From Isurus oxyrinchus (Eukaryota), in NCBI GenBank assembly GCA_026770705.1, contig JANJGN010000034.1, positions 4,464,001-4,528,000 of the forward strand: 64,000 bases of DNA, read 5' to 3'. Both the position numbers and the translations under genes were made by a program. Within the stretch, counting starts at the first letter, position 1. Each line of letters opens with the position of its first letter. Positions 40,601-52,180 of this stretch are shown one piece after another. A model generated the notes under the pieces. That model was not told where the DNA came from. It made no database searches and saw nothing but the letters and a program-made list of their open reading frames with translations.

Positions 40601-41200
40601 TTGATCACCCAGTTAGTGAGCTAATACTTCACTCCTTAAGTGCTTTGTTGAGACTGGAGTACTATCTCAATTATTTATGGAAAATAAAAATATTTTGGAA
40701 GCAGCTCATAAAATGTACAACCTGGAATGGGCGGATGATAACCTGGAATGGGCGGGTTGTGCTGTGAGAATTTTTAGACAGACTAAGCTTGTAGCCGCTG
40801 AAGTTAAGGACCCTAACACATGACTTTGTTGAAACATATAAGACCCTGAATGGATTTGACAGAGTGAATGGAGAAAGGACAGGTCTTCTTTTGTGTGAAC
40901 CGAGAAATGGGGGCCACAGAGGACTATGAGGATCGTGGATATTTTCTATAACTTAGCAGATTGTTGAGACATTGGAATTTCATTCCTCAATTGATATCTA
41001 AAACAAACAATTTGAAAACCTTTAAGACAGCAGAAAATATATTCTTAATAAACAAGGAGGCGAAATGTCATCGAACAATGCTAGAAATTTAAAGTGGACG
41101 TTGACATTTGATCAGGCTTGTTTTTTATTGAATGGCACAGCAGGCTCCAGGGGCTGAGTGGGCTCGTCCTGCAAATGTTTCATATGCGTGTATGTTCGTA
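37700..41200 (+). mobile_element. Old, heavily decayed CR1 LINE (ORF2 and 3' tail)
   Basis: gccacagggatcaacactgggg (PQGS.LG motif) at ~39835. The 3' end attgaatggcacagcaggctccaggggctgagtgggctcgtcctgc is CR1-like. The 5' boundary is uncertain. Confidence 0.6.
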
Positions 41201-41339
41201 TATGCAACAACAAAACAGCGGACTTAGTACTGAACCTACCAGACACCCCACTAGAAACAGCATTCCAGTCACAAAATCATTCAGCAACAATATGGCGATG
41301 TTTCTTGAGACATTTTTGCACTCAACTTGTGAGGTTCCT

Positions 41340-42900
41340 CTGCATTACATGAAATTATACTTGGTCACCAGGCTGCCATTCAAATGCTTTGTTAGTATAT
41401 AAGTGAACTACATGAACTGCAATACATTCATCAATCGTCATGGTTACTTCCTCAAAAATGAAACAAAAACTCAATCAGGCCCGACCTTGATGACACGCCT
41501 TGAGTAGCCCTTGCCTTTCAAAGTGATTATTTAACCTGTTCATTGGTATTCATTCCAATAGTTTACCCACTACTGCATTCGGAATGACAGGCCTAGAACA
41601 ATTTGGAATATCCTATGCTGCCTTGTTAAGCAAAGGTGCAACATTAGCAGACGTCCAATCCTGAAACTAATCTGTCGCCAGTCCAAATAGGAAAACTATG
41701 TTCAGAGCTTCCGTTATTTCCTCCCTTGCTTATTTTTAAAACATGGGATATATTTGTTATGTTATTAGTGATGTATACGCTTTCAATAATGCCAATCTCC
41801 TTAATACTTCCATTCCCACTCTGCCTATGACGTCTAAAACCTGACAGATGTCCTCCTTAAATATCATAACTACATGATGCCCCTCTATAGTTAAGGAAGA
41901 CGCAAATTATTAATTAAAATCATACCCACATCCCCTGCATCCTCATATTAGTACCCACTTTTGTCTTATACGTGCTGTACTCTTTTATCCATTGCCCCCT
42001 TAGTCCTAAGTTTTTAATGAAAAATCTTTCTTTCTGCTTCATTTTGCTGTCAATATTCTTGCATGCCCTGTCCTTCCTTCCCTCATATCCTGTCCCACTT
42101 TATATACCTCACTGTTTTCTGCAGTATTCATTGCTCTATGTTTGGCTTGAGTTTTCATTTTCTGCCTATGCTTACCCTGTAAACACTATGATATCCAGGG
42201 GGCATTAGATTTCGCCGTGTCACATTTTTTTTTCTTTGTGGATAAATGTTTACTCTGAACGTTCTGAACCCGCATTTGAATGTCTCCATATGCTCAGACA
42301 TTGATGTACCTTCAATAAACTCTTTCCTGTCTACTTTAGCTAAATTGCACCTCAAATTAGCATTGCCCTAATTTAGGACGTTAACTTCTGTTTTCATTTC
42401 CCGTTTCCATCATGAATTTAGGATTAACGGAATTATGACCAGAACAAGCAAAATGCTCTCCAATTACTTATCGTCCCATTTTACGTGCCTGATTTCTTAA
42501 AATCAGTCCACAATCTGTTATTGGACTTCTTACAATCTAGTCGAAGATTTTCAGCTGAATACAACTTACTAATTCTGTTTACTCCATTTCTTATGAATTC
42601 AAACAGTTCCACTCTAGATTCAGGCAATTCAAGCAATGTGATATTATTGCCCTACATTTTATTTGCACTTATCAGAGATTTGTTTGCATATTTGCTCTTG
42701 TACATATCTATGACTGCTTCGGTAATCAAACATGCTTCCAGACGTGATTTAGTATTATTTTGTTCCAAAGCTGAATCACATTGGTTTCATATCATGATCC
42801 AGATAACATATCAACCGGCCTAACTTATCTACCAAACATTGCCGAGTGCCCCTTTTCGTAACCCTGTAGGAGGCCTGTAGAGCGTCATCCATGAAGGAAC
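41340..42900 (-). mobile_element. Decayed CR1 ORF2 fragments
   Basis: tcaaatgctttgttagtatataagtgaactacat...cttcctcaaaaa reads on the minus strand like the CR1 RT segment FFEEVT...DVVY.DF.KAFD. Confidence 0.55.
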
Positions 42901-43535
42901 TGTCCGGTTTTGTTTCAACCAATGGCAATTTTCCAAGGTACATATATGATCGTGTAAAAAATGTCATGGCAGCAATTGTCTTGTATAATTAAGTCTGGTT
43001 CAAACAGCATTACGATCAAAACTACACATTATAAAAGATAAAGTGATATTTTTTAAGATATTATTTGCAAAGGCGTTTCTTAAAATCTAATCACTCTTTT
43101 GAAGGAACACATCCCATGGAAGTATATGGGAAACAAGAACGGGCGACTGTCTTGCGTCATATGATAGCATGTTTTTCATCCGATGCAAAATCAGAAGACG
43201 TAAAACATGTGGTGGTCTCGGATTTAAATAGCCTTCTGGGTCTTTTCTTCTCCGCAAATAGACAGGTTCCTTTTGAACATTGAAATTCTGACAACATTCC
43301 AACTCTACTATTTGGCTGCACTGCGCATGTAGACGTCCTGTAGCAGTTACAGAAATGTATGTTCTCTCTGTCTCTCTATCTCTTTCTCTCTCTCTCACTC
43401 TCATGGCACTGCTTGGCACTGGAACGCAATACACTTCAAACGAACGTGGAGAAGGAGAGCGAGGGAGAGAGACGATAAGATTGCAATTTCCAGTTCGAAT
43501 GAAAGAGATGATATTCCTAATTTACTGTTCTGCAG

Positions 43536-43571
43536 AACTCAAGGCATGCAAAACATCTTTAACATATAAAA
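43536..43571 (+). CDS. 36-nt phase-1 micro-exon, type C ((E/K)LKACKTSLTYK)
   Basis: actgttctgcag|aactcaaggcatgcaaaacatctttaacatataaaa|gtaggt. Confidence 0.75.
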
Positions 43572-44199
43572 GTAGGTCATAACTATTCCAAAAATATAGC
43601 AAAAACATTCTCTACATAGATTTATATTAACACAGGTTTTAACACCACGTGTGTAAGAACAAACCCTAAAATCATTTTTTTTTCTGCTGTGCCTGTCCAG
43701 AGTTATAGGTCTGCCTCCAGATTCATCCTTGTCATTCAGTTCCATGGAGGGAATTATTTTTATTATTATTATTAAATAACCTTCTATGATATCTATAATA
43801 ACAATAATAATAATAGCTACACTAATGAAGCTACCACTATTATTATTAATAATAAAAACAAATCTTATTTGTTTGTACACCGACACCATCCTTATGGCGT
43901 CATTTGATGCTTCTTCTACAATAGCATTCATCTTCATGACTGTAATTGCTCCTCTGACCAAAGTGGTCACGCCCCTCCATTTTTGCATCCATCTATATCT
44001 TGCCTGATAAGGCTGCGTCCAGGAAAGTTGAGATGGATTTCCAGTGGCTCTTAAATAATTGTCCTGTAAGAGAAGTATCAATATCCCCCCATTTATGCCT
44101 TTGCACATACCGTGCCAGTGAGATTTACTATGTACCTTGCTTTGAGATGTACAGCCTTGAGCACGGCCAAACGATGTTGCCATTACTTTTATTGCAAAT

Positions 44200-45200
44200 A
44201 CTTCGTTCTTTCTGAATTCCAGAATAACTGACTATTTTTTTTCTGTTTTCCAATGCAATTTCTGATATTTTCCCAATTTGTGTCAACACTCGGGTTCCCC
44301 TTCCGCTAACAAGTTGGTTTCAATACTGTCAAAAGGATGTGCAAAAAATGCAGAAAAATATTGGTCTCAGCCTTATTACAGCACAAAAGCTTTTGACATA
44401 TAAATGTCTCAGCTTCCTTGGAACTGGTCCCGCTGACACGGGAATCAGAAACTCTCGCTCCTGCATTGCCACATCAGCCATGAACTCATTGGCTCTAAGC
44501 TGTTATTTCTGTCCTCACTGGCACTTGGCACACAGGGGTAACCGGAGACTATTACTAAAAATGTCCTGCATGTACATATTGTATTCATGGCCATGGAGAG
44601 TAGTTCTTCAGGACCCGTTTCCACTTTTTATCCAAAGTGTTGATAGCAATTTGAACCCCTACCCCTGGCTGCTCATCCTCCATCTTAGTAATGCCCTACA
44701 AGCTCACTTTGACATCGTTAAAACTGGCAGCAGGTAGGCAATTGACATTCTGCAGTCAAGTCAACTGCAGCAAAATCCCTCTCACTATCCATGTTCTACT
44801 CGGCGTTCTTTCTGCTCATGCATTTGAGCCACGGAGCTACGGAGAACACACTGTTGCTGCACATTTTTGAATAACAATAGTCCACATCAGCGTCCAAAAT
44901 GGAATAACGGTTCATGAGCATGACGGACTAGAAGGACCATGCAGAATCCTGCTAGATTTCCTGGTGTGCATTCATTCCCCTTCTGCCTTTAGGTTTCTCA
45001 CCTGTGGCAACGGCACCTCCGTAAGCGTGCTATCAAATCATCCAAAGGCTTACAGTTGCGCCACAGCGACCATACACACTGCTCGAGTTCCGTAACCTGG
45101 AGCTCAATCTTCTGCAGCAGGTGATACTTTCTGCAGCCTGTCCGTCAAAACCATTTAAAACCTTCACGTTTTGTGCATACCACAAGTCAGGCCTCTGATA
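44200..45200 (-). mobile_element. Decayed CR1 ORF1 region
   Basis: gctcgagttccgtaacctggagctcaatcttctgcagcaggtgatactttctgca reads on the minus strand CRKYHLLQKIELQVTELEQ, like the ORF1 N-terminus at 55324-55470. Confidence 0.55.
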
Positions 45201-45599
45201 CATTAAACTTAATTTTGTGCAAGTTGATGATAGAATGTAGATCTCGGACCTTCTCTCATGAATCAGGTCCTTTTTTCCTCTCTGGTAGGTAATTCAGGAT
45301 TGTTTAACATAATTTATCACTTGTATATTTGGATATTTATTTCGGTGTTGATTTTCACTCACCTCAAATAATTCAGCAAATAATGCAGACTGAAAAAAGT
45401 CGAAAAATATGTGAGCGATTCACTACCTGTTCACCAATCCCCTCCATCAAAAATGACAAACTTCACTGAGTATCCTTGTACGCCATCACTGAAATCAAGT
45501 GCAGGTGCAGCAAACAGTTTACAAGGCAACACGAATGTTAAAACACATTGTGAGAGGACTTGAGTACTGGAACAGTGATGGCTTAATGCAGCTCCGCAG

Positions 45600-46330
45600 G
45601 GTCTTGTGTAGGCCACAACTTGAGTATTACGTGCAGCTGACGTCTTATTAGCTAAGAAAGGATATACCTGCTATAGAAGAAGTGCAGCGGAGGTCCACCA
45701 GTCTGATACCTGGGATGATAGGAATGTCTTATGAGGAGAGAGTGAGCTGACTAGGCATGTATTTACTGATTCCTAATGGAACGACAGGAGATCCGACTGA
45801 AACATGTATAATTCTTAGAGGGGTGCGCAGACTGCGTTTGATTTGGAGGAGAACTCCCAGGTGGTGGTGTTCCCCATCTTTCTTTTTTTTCCTTGGCCCT
45901 CTAGATAGTAATGGTCGTAAGGTAGGAAGGTGCTGCAGAAGATTCTTGGTGAATTCCTGCAGTGCATCTTGACATGGTAGCAGGAAGTGAATTTTTTTGG
46001 ATCTGGTGGCAATCCAGTGGGCTGCTTTGTCCTTGTTCGCGCCAAACTACATGACTGTTGTAGCAGCTACACTCATCCAGGCAAGTGGCTGTATCCCATT
46101 ATACTCCTAACCTGTGCGTCGTAGATGGTGGACAGGTTATGGGCGCACACAAGGTGAGTTACTAGTGGCTGTTATCCTAGTCTCTGACCTGTTCTTCTAG
46201 CCATGCTATTTGTATCGGCAGTAAGGTTCAATTTCTGTTTAATGTTAACCCCAGAATGTTGATATTGGGGGATTACGTGATGGCAATGTCATTGAACGTG
46301 AAGGGGCAATGATTTCACTGTTAGATCGTG
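45600..46330. mobile_element. Adjacent short CR1 3' fragment (+, ~45600-45840) and HER1-like fragment (-, ~45845-46330)
   Basis: atagaagaagtgcagcggaggtccaccagtctgatacctgggatg...tatgaggagaga encodes IEEVQRRSTSLIPGM..SYEER. The following sequence is colinear with 8215-8700. Confidence 0.65.
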
Positions 46331-46900
46331 AAAGATCTGTACTCTGCTCTTCCAGCCCGCATTGATGACCTCACTATCTAATATTGACTGACAGGGAATG
46401 ATGGTCTACATTTTAAAATGTTGCATTGAATCCGAACCTCAACACTGCATTTCGGTGAGCAGCACAATTTCACTTTACACCTGGAGAGACACAGTTTTCT
46501 CGACAGCAGCCCTCCGTGCCAAATGCATGACACGTTTTCTCATTTTTTTCCGCGGCTTTGGTCATCAGTAGAAATGATTAATGTCTATCCATCCTACCGA
46601 ATATTTCATTCTTCTTGAACTGGATAAGTACCAACATACTTTTCTCAAGTGAAATCAAACATATTTTTTAAAATATTATTCATAATGTAATTATTAGCGC
46701 CTCAAAATAATTGTGGTGCATCTGCAGTGGGTTCCCTCGAAAGCAAGACAACCCTTAATCAGCTGCTTTGCCGATGGCGGAGAGCATGGATTTTGCAAAG
46801 GTATTTTTCATGTACAAAATAACTGAACGAAACTGAAAACGCATACGATGCTGTGCACTGTTTGCTCTGCGTATTAATTGTTTATCATGCACTTTAACAG

Positions 46901-46927
46901 AAGAAAAAATGAAAAATAAAGAGCAGG
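46901..46927 (+). CDS. 27-nt phase-1 micro-exon, type D ((E/K)EKMKNKEQ)
   Basis: cactttaacag|aagaaaaaatgaaaaataaagagcagg|gtaatt. Confidence 0.8.
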
Positions 46928-48075
46928 GTAATTGATGATGAAATCATTATATAACCATAATGTAAGCTAAATCGTTCGCGTTTGCTTTTTATTCGTTTGT
47001 TTGTTTTGCTTTCCACGTGTGTGAAACTTAAGTCGTTTTTTTTTACATTCCTGGAGGGGAGATTGGGTTGTGTTTGAATATTTTGCCAATCTTGATTAAG
47101 AAAAATGTGGGCTCCCACCTGCCTGGTTTATTACTGTCCTGAAGTTAGCTCACTTGTTCCGTTATCATAATATTCCAGCATAGTAGAGAATCTGTGATCT
47201 TTTGATGCATGCGCACTTTGAAGCAATTGATGCAGCATGATTGCTGAGCCAATTTGCGTTCCGAATTAGAAGTCACATTTCTGAGCAACTAGGATTTTGA
47301 GAGCGTGGGTTTTTTCAAGATTTCCAGTTCAACTTAATTATCCCAACTGTCATAATGTCTAGCCGACTAACTTCATAAATTTCTTTGAGTTATATTGACT
47401 TGTATTAGGGAAAATGCTACTTCATTCCAAACAATCCAAATCCAAGTTCTGCTGTCTTACTCTAATCCTTGAATATGTAAAGTGACACACTATTAGCTGA
47501 AATGTTATTTTCGTACCTTCTGAAAGGAGGATATAATCAACTTCATTTGGAACTGATCAAGCTTTCAAACTCTTCAGCCTGTCGGCCTTCTCCACAATTA
47601 AAAGCCACAAGGGCATGTTAGCCCCACGATATATTTGCACTTCTCCAATTCTGGCCAGCTGTGCATCACCGATTGTCAACAGTTGGGAGGTTTGGGCGTT
47701 TCTTTGAGCTGCTTGAAATCTTTTCAATGAAATATTGGCGTGAAGCTCACCCAACATGCTCACACATCCGCAGCTCGCCACCAAACCTCGTCCCCCATTC
47801 CCGCCACTCCCCACCATCACCTCCAGCCAACAAGCGACGCTAATTCACATTTTTCTGTCTCAAGCTATTGCACTCCTTAACATCTACGGCATTTAAGTGC
47901 ATATCCAAGCACCTCTTTTTGTCTCATCATCCCAATTATTGTGAATATTTTCTTTGAGTAATATTGACTGCAATGGAAGAAAATTTATAATGTAGTTGGA
48001 ATTCAACCGTTACATAAAGGCAAACTAATCTGGTTTCAAATGGTTGTGCTCACAAGTTCATTTTAATCCTCCCAG

Positions 48076-48111
48076 AGTTCTCAGCGTGCAAAGAAGCTTT
48101 GAAAACTTTAG
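48076..48111 (+). CDS. 36-nt phase-1 micro-exon, type A (EFSACKEALKTL)
   Basis: ttttaatcctcccag|agttctcagcgtgcaaagaagctttgaaaactttag|gtgagg. Confidence 0.85.
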
Positions 48112-48377
48112 GTGAGGAAAATTAAATCTTTATGAAAAGTCTCATGCCATTATAGGGCAAAAGTTTCACATGTGGCACAAAAGCAGCAATTTGATATTGC
48201 TTTGGCAGGTGGTAGTACAACAATAACACTTTTTCTTAGTTTCATTCATTCCTACGGATGCAAATAGAAATGAAATAATGAAAAGTTGCTCCGTACAATA
48301 TCATATATTTAGCACAATTGCTGGAGTGATATTTCTAGGGCCACAAAATTTTTGGGTTGATGTTAAATTGTGAGTCA

Positions 48378-48430
48378 TTATTATTACTGTTCTTAATAAT
48401 AATATAAGAACAATAGTATTAATAATATTG

Positions 48431-48466
<36 letters not shown>
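48378..48466. repeat. (AAT)n microsatellite
   Basis: ataataataataataataataataataataat. Confidence 0.9.
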
Positions 48467-48617
48467 CTCATCTGGATCCAGTGAAGTTCTATTGAGTTTA
48501 ACAGTTACCGCAAATTTGGCCCATATTAGCTAAGGGGCTGAAATAATCAGGAGTTACATTTCTGTTGGCTGTCATCTTTCCTCTTGAATCACAAAGGCAA
48601 TAAATTTTGCATTACAG

Positions 48618-48644
48618 AAAATGAGCTGAAAGCAAAGGAAAAAG
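48618..48644 (+). CDS. 27-nt phase-1 micro-exon, type B (ENELKAKEK)
   Basis: ttttgcattacag|aaaatgagctgaaagcaaaggaaaaag|gtacta. Confidence 0.85.
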
Positions 48645-49085
48645 GTACTAATTTTTGACATTCAACAATTGAATACAAAAGATGCTGATCGTCCTCTGGG
48701 GAATAAAAGCACGATGCCGTAATTCAAACTGTCCTGCTGCTCAGCTTACTTACTTTTCTTTAATAATATAATGCTACATATGCGATTTAGTGCAACAATA
48801 CATATTTTCGGGCAGGGATGGGGGAGTGCGCTGTTGATCTAGCTCCACTACTCCACAAGCCCTTCTTTTAGTCCAAACGTTTAACTGACTCAAAAATGGC
48901 GAAAACTGGTTGCTCCACTGCTGGAACACACAAAAAATAAGTTTTAATCAGGCGGATTTTGAATAAGCAGCAAACATATTGTTTATTATCAAAATAGCCT
49001 TGTCAAATGCAAAGGCAATGCTTATCAGCATCCAGTGTGGAACATGAAAGTAAAGTAATTATTCATTCCTGGTATCGTAACTCCC

Positions 49086-49106
49086 CCTCTCTCTCTTCCT
49101 CGCGCG

Positions 49107-49137
<31 letters not shown>

Positions 49138-49160
49138 ATACACACATGCTCGCACACACT
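49086..49160. repeat. (CT)n/(CA)n microsatellite
   Basis: ctctctctct...gcacacacacacacacacacacacaaacacacatacacac. Confidence 0.9.
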
Positions 49161-51231
49161 CATTAAGCAAGAGAAATCAAACAGGCATCGATGAAATCGC
49201 CCAAAGATTAAAAGTCATTGGTAGGAAGGCAAAGGATAGATGGTGGAGCTGTTTAAATGACGTCCGGGTTTTCCGCTTGGTTGACATTGCTAATCCATGA
49301 AAAAGTCAATGAGTCTGGTGCTGCTTTCCAGGCGAACTCATAGAAAACTCGAGGGTACTCCATTCCAGCATGTTAAGTACCTCAGGAGCAGCGTAAATTC
49401 GCTTCCGATTTGGACTGCTTCTTGGGTGCTGGAGACTGCTATATTCCTTCGGGAGCAGTTTGGCGTTCCCTTCTCAAAGCAATGCCAAAAGCAACATCTA
49501 AAAGTCAGTCTTCCAGTTATGTTTTTCTCCCTTTTCCTTCAAGCCACAAAACGTGCAGTGCAAGCCGGTCAAGACGTTGATTTTTTTTTTCAGCTGCTTA
49601 ATTACTCTATCTTTGGCGCGTTTTTTTTTCATGCGTAACAATCAGAGATCAGCATTGACAATTTAAATAAGCTTTGAGAGCCCTAAGCCGTTGAAGACGA
49701 ATTAATTTTTATTAAAGTGTCCATGGCACATATAAAATGTAAATGTATTCTCCAGTGATATGACATTCAGCTGGTGATTGTGACTTTGTCGGTGATAGTA
49801 GTGATATATAGATGTTGGTAATTATTAAAACTGAGCTATTTCCGTTCTAAGGTATGTGATTTTGGATCATATTTTTCAAGTATGCCGGTTAACATCTTTA
49901 CTCATTTATGTACTTCAAAGAGAAGCAAAATGTTCATCTTGCAAAAGGCAAAGATCTCCATTTCCCTGCAGAGTAAATGAAAAATTGTTGCTTCATAACA
50001 CTTTTAACAGGCCACACAGGTGTCTTTCCATTTGTCATCAACAGAAATGGGGAATCGTGAAAATAATTACCCATTTAAAAAGTTTTAATTCGATTAATAT
50101 CCATCATTGAATTGTGTGACGTATGGGAAAGGACCACACTAACATAAAGAAGCCTTGAATTTACTTAGTGTTATAGAATAATTTGAAAGCAAAATGACTT
50201 TCTGTGGTGACTTATTAAACTATATTCCAAGTCAGGCAACACTGATGTGCATGAGAGCCATGTACATTTATTTGCGTTCACATGACTGCGTACAAATGAA
50301 GGGATCTTCCTACAAGAACTCGGCAAAGTCAAAAAAGCCACCAATGACTCTGGATAGCTCACAATGAATAGGCCAAAGTTTGGAAATTCTCCATGGGTAG
50401 GAGATTCGAAATGAGGTGTGCAATGCTGACCGCAGTTTATAAGGTGGTGATAACTCAACTTAACAATTTTTATGTTCATAAGAGATCAGTTTCCTCGAAG
50501 CCCTGAGACAAACGCTTTTTATTTCCTAAAGTTCAGATACAAGTTAACATTCCTGTCAGCTCCCAATCGTTTCCACAGATAAGAGGGATGTCAAAGGCCC
50601 TGGGTCGACATGGACAATTTGAAGGTTCATGTTTAGAAACCACTATAGGATCAGCTGAATTACTGACATTATTAAATTGAAGAAGCTGCAGTGGTCGAAA
50701 CAGTTCATCACTGAGGGAACTTTTGCTTTCGTCTCCAGCAGTGACAGATGTCAAAGGTATATATCTGCTGTGAAGTTAACAAAGAGAAATTAAGACATTG
50801 CGAAAAACAATTCAGATATCTGCTGATGGAACAACAACGGTTCATGTAATGGAACAGGCCCCATTGCATATCGGGGAATTATACTGGAGACGCTCTCTCA
50901 ACCAACCTCGGTTAAAGTCATAACTGTGCAGCTCAATTAGTTATTCATTATCAACTCATTTTCGGTGCAGAATGTGCGAACTTGTTTTCCAGCATTGAAT
51001 CACGGATAGATTCTCAAACATAGTTATTTTGTTGCAAAGAAAACAACAATGCTTTTGGACATTTGTGTTTGGAGAAAGCCCGTATGGATGTGGAACATAC
51101 ACTCTTATGTAATGCTGCCCATTTGGCGTAAAAGAAAAGATACGTTTTTACAAAATGTGCAATGGGTGAAGTGAGAAGGTCATTTCCTATTCCTAGGGAA
51201 TATATGCAATGTTTCATTACAGCTAATGCAG

Positions 51232-51267
51232 AACTTAAAGCATGCAAAGAATCTTTCAAGGACCTGT
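51232..51267 (+). CDS. Type C micro-exon (ELKACKESFKDL) with damaged donor; pseudo-exon or terminal exon
   Basis: aatgcag|aacttaaagcatgcaaagaatctttcaaggacctgt|gcaaga. The GT donor is replaced by GC and the last exon base G by T. Confidence 0.5.
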
Positions 51268-52153
51268 GCAAGAATAGTTTACTGCCTGAGCAAAACTCTA
51301 AAAAGTTTATTCCCTCAATATGATTAGCGTAAAATACCATGCCAGAAATAGTATGCAAGGAAAAAGGAAAAAGGCAACATAACGTTTTCCTGCCGTTGGC
51401 GGCAGAAATAGCGTGAGATATTTATTATATGCTTTGGAATTTACTTCCCTGGATTAGCCTAAACTAATTTAAACCCTCATTGTTGAAGTCGAATTTATGA
51501 AAATATGGGGATGAGGCAACTTAGCTCCAGTGTATTTCATGTAGATTGTGGATGATCCTAACTGAGTTCCTCCAATCCGGCAGGGTAACTACCATTTTAA
51601 TAAATTTGAACAGCAACATAACGTACACGGTTTCGGAAAGCTTCATTGACGCACAACCTCAGCGGTGCATGTCGGTCAGTGTTAAACATCCCCTCGCACC
51701 TCGTTCGCAATGATTTAGTTGTATCATGACCTGACACTTTATGTACAATTTTAATTTGCCTCCTTTGTTTTTTTTTACTTTAATTTCTCCATTGGTGGAA
51801 ATGTTAACTCTATATCTAACCGGTCAAATAACTCAATTGCCTCGAATATGTCAATTTGATAAACATTTGAATTTCCACTTGCAAGTCAATTCAAACATCT
51901 TCTGGAAAATGGTACTCATAATGTAATTTTCAAAGTTTCCATCTATATGTGTTGAACCTCACTGTGATCGTTAAGGCCACTATTTCATTGGTCAGGTGAC
52001 GTGCCCAGAAGCAGAAGCAACAATGCAATCATGCCTCAGCTTTATTTTAATGCATACTTGTGGTATGTAAAAAAAAAATCAATAATCTCAAAAGGCAGTG
52101 CCACTTCTATTATATTATCTCTGTACTCTAATTGTTTTAATCCATTTCAACAG

Positions 52154-52180
52154 AAGGAAAAATAAAAACAATTGAAAATG
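52154..52180 (+). CDS. 27-nt type D micro-exon (EGKIKTIEN), weak donor
   Basis: catttcaacag|aaggaaaaataaaaacaattgaaaatg|gtcatc. Lies 886 nt after exon C. Confidence 0.55.

Noticed and set aside
40719-40756. Short tandem duplication of aacctggaatgggcgg with 21-nt period
   Set aside because: Only two copies inside a decayed LINE; an ordinary local duplication, not a CRISPR or regulatory array.
43539-44183. Longest ORF in the track (214 aa, minus strand)
   Set aside because: It runs through low-complexity AAT-rich intron antisense to exon 43536 and has no recognisable domain.
1177-52180. Assigning a gene symbol (BTN/B-G, TRDN, CD23/CD209, TRIM) to the micro-exon gene
   Set aside because: Only the exon architecture is reminiscent; no diagnostic domain exon is present and I do not recognise the peptide.
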